Assembly: GCF_009834535.1 (NCBI RefSeq)
Contig: NC_045696.1
Location: 67,892,001-67,956,000 of the forward strand
Source: Camelus ferus
Lineage: Eukaryota
Length of the DNA: 64,000 bases
Reading direction: 5' to 3'
A program made the position numbers and the translations under genes. The notes beneath the pieces are model-generated. The model was not told where the DNA came from and did not search any database. It worked only from the letters and a program-made list of their open reading frames with translations. Below, in pieces: positions 12,860 through 24,769 of this stretch (position 1 is the stretch's first letter; every line of letters begins with the position of its first letter).

Positions 12860-13380
12860 ACCCTTCAAGGACCATGAGATACAGTTTTAAAAAACAAAGA
12901 GATGCAACTTCCTGCATTATATACTCTGAAGTAATACTTTTTGTTTATCACAAATCCAAGAGCCTGGAGAAATTTCTCAGTATTTGAAATGGTATGAAAA
13001 ACAGACAGGCTTCTCATTTGAATGTGCTATAAATTCAAACTGTGTAAAAGGGGCTAGTTTTGCAATTTCACATTTAATAGCAAAACAATTGAAACCATTT
13101 TCAATCGGTGACCTTCTTAATTCGTGTTGGAAGTTGTTCCACTTTTATTTCAAGACTTTGAAACAGAGAAAAAAAATCTGTAAAAGCATCGACCAATAGC
13201 CGCTGAGTAAAAACGAGCCAGGCTGTTTCGGATCAGTTTCAGAATGACATGAGTGGATGTTATTCCCTTTCAAATTTCTCTCGATGAGAGTGCTCATGTT
13301 GTGCCTTCTGCATTTTTATCAGTTACTGACTACCGCGCAAAAAAGACAATGCCACAGGTGAAGAATGTACTAAATTGGGA
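12860..13380 (+). mobile_element. Fossil hAT (Charlie/Buster-type) transposase fragment, pseudogenised
   Basis: Conceptual translation across frameshifts gives RYSFKKQRDATSCIIYSE (BED-finger-like), ASFAISHLIAKQLKPFSIGD (13053), SIDQ*PLSKN, FQISLDESAHV (Asp codon 13283-13285) and KDNATGEE, in the canonical order for this transposase group. Confidence 0.78.
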
Positions 13381-13382
13381 AT

Positions 13383-13385
<3 letters not shown>

Positions 13386-13413
<28 letters not shown>
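13386..13413 (+). repeat. (AC)n microsatellite
   Basis: Directly visible, about 14 units. Confidence 0.95.
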
Positions 13414-13870
13414 TTCAGACATATGTGAGGTGGTAGCTAACAACTTATTCACCAATACAGAAGTTTAATACCCAAGAAGCATGAAATTGTTAATGAAGGT
13501 ATTTCTTCTAATGCAGAGCTGAAGTTGAAACACAACCACCCTCTGTGAGTTTGCTTGTCCACGCCAATGACCAGGAGGTCATTACCTCACAAGGCAGCCC
13601 AGCCCCTTCCTTCCATGGCAGAAAAGTTGTAACTGCTAGAACGTTACCCAAGGCTGAAACCTGTATTCCTTTAGGAACCACCGATCGGTCCTGCCTTTGC
13701 CTTGGAATCACAAGCCCACTTACACATGGCAGCCCTCTGGATAGGTAAAATATTGCTTTAGTTTCCTACATAATTTTTTTCTGTGTTTCAAGTTTAAAAA
13801 GTCCTATTCTCTTTTTTCCCAATTGGCCTTACAGCTTTAGAACAGTAACATAAAATTTAAAATCTCGAAC

Positions 13871-14097
13871 CAGTAGTTTTCAAACTTTTCTGTAGCAAAA
13901 CAATTGTTTCTTCATGTCAAATCTTTAAGAAAATCTCAAGAATAAAAATAGACAAATTGAGAGAACAGTTCCTCGGACTTTATTTAAATCTTCATCCTTC
14001 GGCAGAATACACTTCAGTTGTGGGGGGAGTATAAAATGTATTACTTCCTTGGTCCTCCTATGAGAACTATACTAGAGGACAGGCTGAAAACCCACTG
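13871..14097. mobile_element. Non-autonomous hAT-Charlie type element (family uncertain)
   Basis: Termini cagtagttttcaaac and gctgaaaacccactg form degenerate Charlie-type terminal inverted repeats. Confidence 0.55.
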
Positions 14098-14301
14098 CTC
14101 TAAAATATTACAGTGGTTGTGAGGAAATATAGAACAAAAATGGCGCCTACAACTACAGGCTCTGTCATCAGTGCATAGCAAGTGATTATTATGAAAAAGG
14201 GAAGATAAGCTTAAAGGTTTGGGAATATAAAGAGTTATGTTCTGCTTCTGAATCGTATCAGCTCATATTTCAAACACTGTTCTCCACAATCCCTTATAAT
14301 T

Positions 14302-14414
14302 AGGGTGACCATACATCCAACTTACGCCTGCTGTTTCCATGTAATTATTAATAGTGCCCCCTTTCACTCTCAAAAGTGCCCCAATGTAGGCAGTGCCTTT
14401 TACACAGTCACTTT
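14302..14414 (+). mobile_element. MER94 (hAT-Blackjack) DNA transposon
   Basis: agggtgaccata...ttacgcctgctg...gtaattattaatagtgccccctttcactctcaaaagtg...agtcactt matches the recalled MER94 consensus with a small deletion. Confidence 0.8.
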
Positions 14415-15470
14415 ACTTCTAACACAGTAGCAATGAGGTTTTGGTCACTGCATCCAAGAGAATATTGAGCACGTAGCTTCTTCTCCACACAGCCAAAGCC
14501 CCCCCCCCCCACACTTTAAATTTATTACTGCAATTGCCACGAGGGCAGAGCGGCTAGCAAGGGGAATGGAGGAGGTCTTGGGGGTTTCCCTGCTCCGGAA
14601 GCACATGCTTCCCAGTAAGAAGGGGAAAATGGAGCAGAATGATCGTGCAGAGGAAAAGGATAGGCAGAAATCTAGAAGAACCTGGTACCAACTGCCCTAC
14701 TCACTCGGCCTCTTTCTCCTGACGCAAAGAACATCACCTATTCCAAGAATATCAGACTATTTTCTTCAATTATAGCTTTATCCCCTGCCCACTCCTGTCC
14801 CCATGACCATCAATATTACCAGTGATTTTATCATGTCTACCTGGTTTCAAGTAGAAAGACAACGGGTTTGCCTAATTCTTAATTTGGAACAGGAAAGATT
14901 AGAGAATGGACAAGAAAGAGAAATGAAATGTGTCCAAATGTATTCACTAGGGTACAAGAGTAAAGGTGGAGGAGATTACCTATAAATGTTTTACATTTTT
15001 AACTAGGGGTTACACAAGAGTTAAGGGAGATGAAGTCAAAAGAGTTCAGTGCAGGCCCATAGGCTATACGCCTACTTAATTTACTTTAAATAAGCTATTT
15101 TATATTGATTTCCCTTGCAAAGTCCAAATGTATATTCCACAGGGGCGGGGGAAGAGGCGAAGCATTCAAGACGGAAAGTTGACAACACTTGCCAAAGAGG
15201 GAACTCCCCCTAGACATGGTAAGCACTGTTGTATCATAATACTGAACGTCTCCTTGTAGTACTTTCCAAGATGTTTGAAACCAAAACAGTTTAGAATACT
15301 CTCCCAGCTCAGGATCTTCCCTCCTTATGGCATTTTTTTTTTCTGACAAATAGGAATTCCCCTTAGGGATTCCCTAAAGTAAAACTGTTGCCTTTCCTTC
15401 TGTTATATAATTAATTACACTAACAAATCGAGATCTAACAGAACATAAGTGTTAATCCATCCTCAATTTA

Positions 15471-16110
15471 GTATCAGCCACACACAGAGCCTATGGAAGA
15501 CATGCCCCAAACATGACAACGATAGCCCTTACTGTGATGGGTATGGTGAATGGCACTCGACCTTGCCATATTGCAGAGGCTGCCTTGCAGGGTAGGGTTT
15601 GTTTGCAAAAAAGATCTGGCAAAATATACCTGCCGACTTGAGACTTGGAAGACAAAAGTAAGGTGGAGGCCGTGATCTGTGGTTCTGGTGTGCTTTCTGC
15701 TGGAAGCACGGCCATGGAGATGGGGGTTTTTCTGCCTCCACAGTCCCATATTTGGCCTTCAGCCTTGGGGTTGTCAAGAAGCAGCTGTGGCAGAGAGAGC
15801 AGCTGGACTCCATGTTTCAGGGTCCAGTTACTACCTTCCCAATCGTGGCTTCTTAACCTCTGGTTCACAGGTACAATGCTGCCGTCTTGAACACCATTGT
15901 GTTCCACGGTAGCCTCATGCATCTCCAATATCCCAATCAGGAAAACCTAGTAATTTTGTATGGTTCTGGGATCATTACTGGGAGCTTAGCCAACAGCCTG
16001 CTCTAAACAATCCTTCCAATGATTTTGAAGCACCTCACACCCTGTATTAAAATCTTTGTGCTTAAAATATCTAGAGTGATTTGTTTCCCATCATCAATCC
16101 TGACCAAACC
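15471..16110 (+). mobile_element. Ancient ERVL solo LTR, LTR33/LTR41-like
   Basis: Starts gtatcagcc. Internal agaggctgccttg...tgctttctgctgga. The 3' end attaaaatctttgtgcttaaaatatctagagtg...tcctgacc resembles LTR33/41 termini. Subfamily uncertain. Confidence 0.6.
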
Positions 16111-18357
16111 CCCACCCCATATCCTTAAAATTTTGTTTGCCAACAGACAGCAATGATATTTTCTCAGCAAGAGACAGGTGCAAATCACTCATTGCAAAAA
16201 GAAATCTTCAATGTCTCTGCAAAGCCCTCTGCTCATCGCTAGGGAGCAGAGCCAGGCCCAGAGCAGACACAGCGCCAGCCCTCTCAGAGCTGCCGGGAAG
16301 AGGCAGGACACAGCAGGAGAGGCATGTCCTGACATGGCACAAGGCAGCAGGAAGCCTAATCCAACCCCAGCATCTCAGCCTCAGCTTTATCACTAATTGG
16401 CCACATTTTCAAATTCAGGGGGCCAGATGGATGAAAGTCCCTTTAAACTCTAACATTCCACAATTCTGTGAGTCTCTGTACTTATCAGGGAACTTACTTG
16501 GATTCAGGTCCTAACAAAACTTCCTAAATTTTCAGTTCCCTAAACCTGAAGGTCAGAACACAAAGGTCACATAACACACAAACCTCACAGTGTTAAAATA
16601 GGAACAGGAATCTGTGACCCCCAAATGCTAAGTGCTGTGGCAGCCTACAACTAGAAAACCTCAGGAAAAAACCCCAAATCATGGTTGCAGTGGTTGTTAG
16701 GAATCTCAGACAACAAACACAGTTTCTTCAGGGTCTCTGTCTTCTTTGAAAATGCTGCCTTACAGTCTCAATAAAAGGGGAATATTTACATGCACTGTCT
16801 TCTCTGAAAGTACTCAGACCAATAGCAGACTGCAAGAAGCATTCAACAAAGGCAATCACAGTTAGCTCGCTCAAGAAAAAGCCACTAATTTCTTCGTGTC
16901 ATGGACAAGAAAATCCCTGAAACTCATAAAAGAGAAGCAGTTCTGTGAACAGGAAGAAAAATGTCAGGGGAGTCAAGATCATGCGTTTAAAGGAAGTTCT
17001 GCTATCAGCTGCAAGGATGGCCTCGGTCAGGGCCTTCCAGACCTCATTGGGCCTTCGTTTCCTCATCTATAAAATGGACACAGCAGTCTCTGCCCTGCTT
17101 ACGTCACAGGCGCTTATGAGGATCAAGTGACATACTGGACACTAGAGCATTTCATAAACAGCAGATTTTATACACACACACACACACATACATGAAGAAA
17201 GATTATTAGTAAAGGAATTTCAAAGGACAGCAGTGAAGGGTACTTTGCGAGCTCAGGCAGCTAAAGGAAATATAAATATAGCAGTGATTTTACGATTTTA
17301 TGATCAGGAGGAAGAAATGGTGATCAGATATGTGACAAAAAATGATGTCCAAAAGAGAAGAGAAACCAGCTCAGCTCTGCCATGATGGTCTCAGTTCCTG
17401 CAGCACACACACAGCAATGGAAAGGCTGCGGGGAGGGGCAGGAGCGGAGCAGCCCAGCCGGCTCAGGGAGACGCCGAACCAAGAAAGCGAAGACCCCGCC
17501 TGTGCCATGACCATAATCTCACAGCGTGTGTCCTCCAAGCATTTCTGTGTAAGCGACTCTACCACCTTCTCAGTCAGATCTCTTGGAAAATCGAACAATC
17601 TATCATCACTCAGGAGGGAAACAGAATTCTGATCGCTCTTTAATGTAATGCAGTTGGAGAGTTAGGGTCAAGCTCTAGATTTTCTCACCAGGATGGACAG
17701 AAATGCAAAGGCAGATCTTGCCCACAATTGGATTTCAGGGCCCACAGGATGTCGGCAGGTTCAGGTAACATTCAGGCAACAACTAACTCTAAAGGAGCTG
17801 GGGGCAGCCAAGCAATAGGTCAACACAGCCAAAACCACTCAGGACGGAGGGACAAGGTGGTCCCCCAGTGTCCGTCTATTTGGCAAGCAGCCAGCCAGGG
17901 ACACAGGTGAGATCTGAACTGAAAATCCAGTCCTGGGCCCTTGAGCACGGAGTTGGAGGAAGAGTTATAATTCATGAGGCGAAATGGTGCCCTGCTGATC
18001 TGCACTGGTCTGGAGATACCACGGGTCTCCAGGGCCATGGGACATCGGGTGATAAGAAGATGAAACAAGAGAGACAAATTAACCCCACCTGTAATTCACT
18101 GAAGAGGAGACCTCAATGGCAAACAGACACAGTAAATGATAATAATAATAAAATACACATGTATAATACTTCAGTAGCAGAGAAATGCAAATTAAACCAG
18201 CAAGGAGATACTACTTTTCACACACAATTTGGCAAAAAATGTAAAGATACATAAAATTCACTTTGGGAACAGATGTGTGAGGAAGCTGACACTCACAATA
18301 TTATGTTTCTTCTTATAAACAGATGTATTCTCTAGCTCCTTATTAGACGTACAACGA

Positions 18358-18480
18358 CTTGTCTATGGCTTGCCTTGGTGCCACAATGGCAGAGTTGAGT
18401 AGTTGTGACAGAGATGCTCTGAACTCAGAGCCTAGAATATTTGCTACCTGGTCCTTTACAGAAAATTTTTGCAACCTCAG
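18358..18480 (+). mobile_element. MER58A (hAT-Charlie) 3' half
   Basis: ttgtctatggct...acaatggcagagttgagtagttgtgacagaga...gcctagaatatttgctacctggtcctttacagaaaa matches the recalled MER58A consensus. Confidence 0.85.
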
Positions 18481-18544
18481 TTCTAAAATTTGAGAAAAAA
18501 AAAAAAGTTCTTGTTTCCAATTACTACAGGTATAATAAACCTGT

Positions 18545-19165
18545 TCTCTTATTAAAGGCTTTTGCTAGTTGTCTTTTTTTTTTTAACATGATCTTTAATT
18601 CATATCAAGGTCTATTTTGATCTGTATTCATGATGTAACTTTTTCATGAAAGCCTACCAATTATCCCAATGCCATGAGAAGAACCCTCCCTTTTCAGAAT
18701 GTTCCAAAGTGGTCCCTTTTTTGCATATTCAATTCCACGTGCCCTTGCTCCATTTCTGGATGTGTCATGTTAAGGAAATGGCCTTCCTCTACTCCAGCAC
18801 CAACACTTCACCACTTCAACTGGGGTTCCCTTATAATCTACTTGAGCATCTGGCCAGGCTGGTCCCTGTTCCTCATTACTCTTGTTTTTCAAATGTCTCT
18901 TAGCTATTTTGCCTGTTTGCTATCAAGAGAATTTAATATTTTTTTTTTGTTAAGATTCAAGAACAATTAACTTGAGAGTTGCGTTGAGATTACATAAAAT
19001 GTAGTGGAAAATAACTAGTTAACAGCCTTTATACTTCCATTTAGGAATAAGGTATGTCTCTCATTTCTTCAAGGGCTCCTTTGTATGACTCAGAAAGTTC
19101 TAGAACTTCCTTTAACAAGCCCTGCACAATTCTCATTAAAATATTTACTCTTTGTTTTGCTGTGA
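18545..19165 (-). mobile_element. Ancient L1 (L1ME-like) ORF2 fragment
   Basis: T-rich antisense L1 signatures: ccaattatcccaatgccat, tcttagctatt, ggtatgtctctcattt, cctgcaca. Confidence 0.65.
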
Positions 19166-19199
19166 ATAGGTTCTCATAGGTCACAAAGTATTCACTTTC

Positions 19200-19760
19200 A
19201 AATGACATAAACAAAATATAACTAGAAATGAGACATGAGAAAACATGTTTAACCTCAAAAAAACTAAAGACATGCTAATGCCAAGAAGACAAAGCATGTA
19301 ATGCTGGCATGGGGCAGGGAGATACTGACTCACTCACACCTTCCTGTTACAGAGGTACAGAAATATTCCTTTTAGACACAAGTCATCAGTGAATCCGAAT
19401 AACCATAAAATGTTAACCTCTGACCCTGAGATCTCAACCCTCTGACGTGTCAGAGATTTTTGATGAACCAATAAGCTATGTTTATGTAAAAAAGTAAAAA
19501 AAAATCACAACAATATATAAAAATAATGGAATAATTAAGATATGGCATAACCACTAAATGAAATATGAAACAGATATTAAAACTGTAATCATTCAAGAAT
19601 ACATAGCAATACAGAAAATGCTTAATATATGATGCCAGTTGTACCCAGCACTATGGTCATTTCTGCTGATAGCTAAAGACTGGAAGGGAATATACAAAAA
19701 TGATAGGTTGTACCTGTATCTAGGTGGCAGAATTACAGGTGACATTCTTCCTCCTCAATG
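19200..19760 (+). mobile_element. Ancient L1 3' region fragment
   Basis: A-rich decayed L1 ORF2 end and 3'UTR motifs (aatgctggc, ctctgaccctg, gaaaatgcttaatata, tatctaggtggcagaattacaggtgac). Confidence 0.5.
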
Positions 19761-22700
19761 GTCTGAGCCTGATAAAATGTTGCAACATGTAATTTTTTTT
19801 TTAAAGGGTACCATTTTTAGGTGCCATCCAGATCTAACGTTTGCAATTCTTTCATGACTAAAGGTGGAAAAATGAGACTTAGTTGTGAGAACTGCCTCTT
19901 CTAAGGCCCACAGATCAAGTCACAGGCAGAACTGGGACTGGAACTCAGGTCTTCAGGCTGGAGAGGTAGTATATTTTCCTACACAGCATTTTGCGTTGTC
20001 ACTTTTCTAAAGCCAACTCTGGGGTCATTCTAATATTTGTATATATTACAAAAAAGTTAATGAGAATAACAGTGTTAAGTTACCTCTCTAAGGGAGCAAC
20101 TGCTTTTAAAAAATCCTACAAAAGGCTTTAATATGCTAGAGTCTGAATCAAACTTTCTTTCTAAACATGGCTATTCAACAGAGTAGAGGGCATCAATGGA
20201 TGTATTTTCTACAAAAGCTTGTTTAGTAGAAACAGTCATTTCCTTATAAAGACACACAGCAATTTCAGTGCTGAGTTAAGCATTAACTTAATAAAAAAAC
20301 TTCAGCTTCGGACACTTGCTTTAGAACAGCAAAATCTCAGCCTGCAGTGTTATCCCTCTAGGGGAGGGAATTCCCTCGAAATTCAGAAGCTAAGAGAACC
20401 ATCCCCTTGAGTTTTCTCACTGCAGCCTGACAGCAGATTTGGCCGAAGAGGTATTTATACACCTGTATACACAATGGATAACCAGAATTAGCTTCTAATA
20501 CTCTGTGATGTCTAAAGATAACATTTGGAGCCCACATGTATTCTAATGTTCTGTGAATTCTGAGAGGTTCTAATTAGGTCCCAGTGGAGGTAACATTTGG
20601 AAAGGAACGAGGTAAAAGAAATCGTCAAACAAAAGAGAGTTGAGGATAAACAGTTAATAAGGTAGAGAGACATGTGTGTGCATGTTTGTGTGTGTACACG
20701 CACTAGGATGTAAGCATCATCTACTGAAGGCACACTTTCCAAGCATCTGAGCAACCACCTCCAGCAACAGTGAGCTCGTTTCCTGTTTCCTGATATGCTA
20801 CGAGTCCTTCTCCCTAATTCCCATGGTTTTCTAAACATTGAGATACATATCAGTCATCCTCGTATCTTTTTTTGTTCCTCTTCTGAAAAAAAAAAAAGCA
20901 CCAATCTTTCATTCTGCTTTGATATTATTCAAATTATAATAAAATAAAAATTAAAAGACTGAGAGTTGGAGTGCATGAAGCAAAAGCCAGGTAAAATTTT
21001 ATATAATATAAAGAAATATATGTATATGTGTGTATGTATTATTTTAAAATAAAATTTGGTATTATATATAAAGAAGAATTACCTCAGCAAGAAGACTTTG
21101 GGGGTGAAATACACAATGAAAGTTGGGTATACTGGCAACTTCCTGAGAGTCCCCACTCGAGTTTAATCTTTTCTTCTCACATACTCCAATGCACACTTTT
21201 GTGCCTTTAATGGTGGAAGTATCCTAGCCCAGCCAGTATTAGAAACTTCCTTTTACAATGTCAGTCTCTTGCAACAGATGTAAAGCTCCTTGAGGGCAAG
21301 AACTACCCCTTAAGCATGGTTTCAAGTCAAAGAGCATCTTATACAGTGCCTGGTTAAAAAAAAAAAAATGCATTTTATGAAGTGGCAAACCCTGCTAAGC
21401 AGATGAGAAGAAAGTAAACTGAGAATACTATTTACCAAAAAAATCAATTAAAACGGATTCTGTGGGTCATACTGCTGGCATTCAAACACGATAAAATAAA
21501 CACATAAATTTTCCAGTAACACATGGCAAGCTACTTTCTCTGCCTGGTGCCATCCCTGATTCTGTCTAGGAACAAATGCACCACAATGGGGTAAAAAAGA
21601 GAGTGCAATCTGAGGTAGAACAGAAAGGAACAGGATTCAAAAATAGAATCCTCATAAAATTTTAATGTGACAAAAGTCAGTAATTTCATCCTAAAAACTG
21701 AAAGAATAAAAAGAAAGAAAAGAAAAGGCAAGAAGCAGCTAAACACCAGCAAGCCTGAGTGGGAAGCACACAAGGAGCAGCGATCGGAAACTAGCCCCCA
21801 CGCTGACCTGCACCAGACATGGATGAACCCTCTCTGGGCCTTAGTTTTCTATGAGGCTTTGGACCCTCTGTCCCTGTAGGGCTTCAAGTGTCAGCAGACA
21901 CACCAATGGCATCATCGCTGGGGCAGAGTGAGAACATCAGGATATCAGGAGAGACCCACCCCAGAGGGCGGGCGGAGGGCACACCAGCTGAGGGTAAGAC
22001 ACAAGTGAGGGGACCAGTAAAGTCAAAGAACAAACTCTTTTTGGAGAAGTTAACATCTCATAGTGTACAGGGAAAACCTCTTCAATAAATGCTACAACAA
22101 CAACAACAAAAAGAAAAGCAAAAGAAAAGAATTAAGACCCTAATTATTATTGTGCAATAAACATCTAATACATATAAGTACTGAGGAAGCTTAAAAAAAA
22201 AAAAGGTATGTAAAAGCAAAAAGGATATATAAATCCAAAGGAGCTTAGAGCTTACCTGGAGAGTAAAAACAAACATCATAATTATTATAAACGTTGGGAA
22301 AAAGTAATTTATTTAAAGATTCCTTTTAAAGAGCTTTCACAACCATTACAACAGACAAAAAAATGAACACCAACTCTGTGACACATATAGGGTCGACATT
22401 ATTATTAACCTAATTTTATAGACTTAGAATTTGATATAGAGAGAGAACCAGTCAATCAATCACCCAGATAGCAAGTAACAAAGCCTGGATTCAAAGAACA
22501 GCTCTACTCATCTCTAAATAAATACGAGTTCTACCTCCCTTCCAGCTTTAGTAAACATACATGTGAGCTGGACGAACACATGTTTAAATCCCAGAAGGAG
22601 ATTTACAGGAGTTCAGAGACTAAGAGACACTGCCCAGGTGGTAACGAAGGCAATGGGACATGAGATGTACGCTACTCTCTCAAAGCAAAGGAGGAAGAGG

Positions 22701-23524
22701 ACTTTTTTCTCTCCCTTCAGAAGTCGCTGGAGCCACCTCATCCACTGTGCTGCTTTGAACCCTAACAGCTCTAATCCCAACCTTTCTTCTAAGTTCCAAC
22801 CTTGAACATCCAATAATTTATTTGCAAAACTCCCAAACGTGAAAAGCTAAAAAAACTCCCATTCTCCACTATTCCCACATTAACAGTGGAGCTTCCTTCA
22901 ACACTGCCTATTTCAGTGACTGGCACCAGCCAGCCTCCAAAATCAGAAATCAGAGAGCCTCTCTGTAGGAGGGAAAGGCATTGGCTTCAGGTATATTGCC
23001 TTCCCTCAACAATGTTTCTTATGTGACAGCTCCACTAAGGACCTTCTAGGTAGAGAGGTGTTGGCCACAGAGGAGTAGGATAGTGCCCAGGTCCCCCAAC
23101 CATAAAAACATTTTAGGAACATTAAACCACTCAATTACTAATAATTCCATCTTAGCTCAATGAGGTAAGTGCTCAGTAATGCTTGTTGGAGGACTCAAGG
23201 GAGGGGAGAGAGGAATGAAGAGAGGGAGAGGGAAGAGGAAAAGGAAACAAGAAGAGAAGAGGGAAGAGAGAGGATGAGGGTCAGTAGCAGAATCAAAGGT
23301 CCAAAAGGAGCATCTTTAATTTAATTTTAAAATGGGTATTAAGTCCCATGTTTGATTTAGGTTTGTTCATATTATTGCCACGTGTTGACAGCTATGTGTT
23401 TTTAATCACAGCACCATCTTGAATGTGTTTCACTTCTCTCTGATCGTCTACTACCTAGGGTCAACCAGAGTCTAAAAAAAGGTAAAACAGAGGGGTGCAA
23501 AGGATATGCAGGGTAAGAATGCAT

Positions 23525-23700
23525 AAGAGTAAGGAGTATGGGCTCTGGCATCAGACTGCAGGGTCTGAGTCTAGGTTTTGTCACCTACTAGTTCTGTGAC
23601 CCTCCATACATTGACTTAACTGCTATACGACTCAGTTTCCTAATTCATGAGGATGAGTTGTAAAGACTTAATGATACAAGTAAAAGAGCTCAATATTATT
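23525..23700 (+). mobile_element. MIR SINE
   Basis: aggagtatgggctctggcatcagactgc...ctactagttctgtgacc...gacttaac...ctcagtttcctaat. Confidence 0.7.
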
Positions 23701-24075
23701 AGTATGTAAAAGACTTTTCCTTTTTGGAGAGACACAAACCACATGAGAATCTTACAGGTACTAGAGAAGGGGATATGCCCACACACCCATTTCAGAGAAT
23801 TATGCAAACAATTTCAGGAGGCTCATGGATCACTAACCCTTAAGTTAACAGTCCATGAACCAGATAACCTCTAAAATCCCTTCTCCTGCAAAAGCCTGTG
23901 ACATGAGCAGCTCAGAAACAAGCAATGAGGAATTTCTCTAGGCTTTAGGAGAAGCAAGGCCAACTACATGTGGGATACCTATGACTTTTATTTGATTGGC
24001 AGGCATCAATCAAATGAATATAGGGAACACAGCCAAGGCCACAAGTCCAAAGGAAATCAAGACAAAGTAAGACTC

Positions 24076-24441
24076 TGCTACGGACTGAACTGTGTTCTCC
24101 ACAAAACGGACATGTTGAAGTCCCAATCTCCGATGTGATGATATTTGGAGATAGGGCCTTTGGGAGGTAATTGGGTTTTGATGAGGGTGGGGCCCTGACA
24201 ATGGAATCAGTGCCCTTATAAGAAAAGGCACCAAAGAGCTTGCTCTCTCTCCCCTTTCCATGTGAGGACACAGGGAGAAGGTGATCTTCTACAAGCTAGG
24301 AAAATATACCACACCAGAACCTGGTACCCTTATCTCAGACTTCCAGCCTCCAGAACTGTAAACAAATAATAATAATAAATTTCTATTGTTTAATCCACCC
24401 AGTCCAGTATTTGGTTGTGGCAGTCCAAGTGGAATAACAGA
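24076..24441 (+). mobile_element. MLT1A/MLT1A0-type MaLR solo LTR with a 5-bp TSD
   Basis: tgctacggactgaa...atttggagatagggcctttgggaggtaatt...gcccttataaga...gacttccagcctccagaactgt...aataaatttctattgttt. Flanked by GACTC at 24071-24075 and 24442-24446. Confidence 0.9.
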
Positions 24442-24769
24442 GACTCTGCATTCAGAACAATAGTGACAGGATACTGCAGAGGTATCCAAAGGGCCAGAAA
24501 ACAGCCTGCTTCCTCACGATGTGATAAACACAGTGGGCTTCACATGAAAATACCGCCTTATTCCAAGTGCCCAACAAACAGCACTTTAAGTTATAACCTA
24601 AACAGGTTTACTTTTTCACATGCTTCTAATAGTTAAAAAAAATTATTGTAACAAAAACTTCACCTGTACTTTTTCTACTCACTCCAGCTAACAAAGATAA
24701 AAAAGTAAGAGTCACTGGAATATGAAGGAAAATTACTTGGGAGTGAGGAGTTCTTGATTTCACGACTGA

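Noticed and set aside
15474..15928. Five overlapping ORFs on both strands (up to 145 aa), suggesting a retrogene
   Set aside because: No recognisable protein, polyA tail or TSD. The region is better explained as an ERVL LTR.
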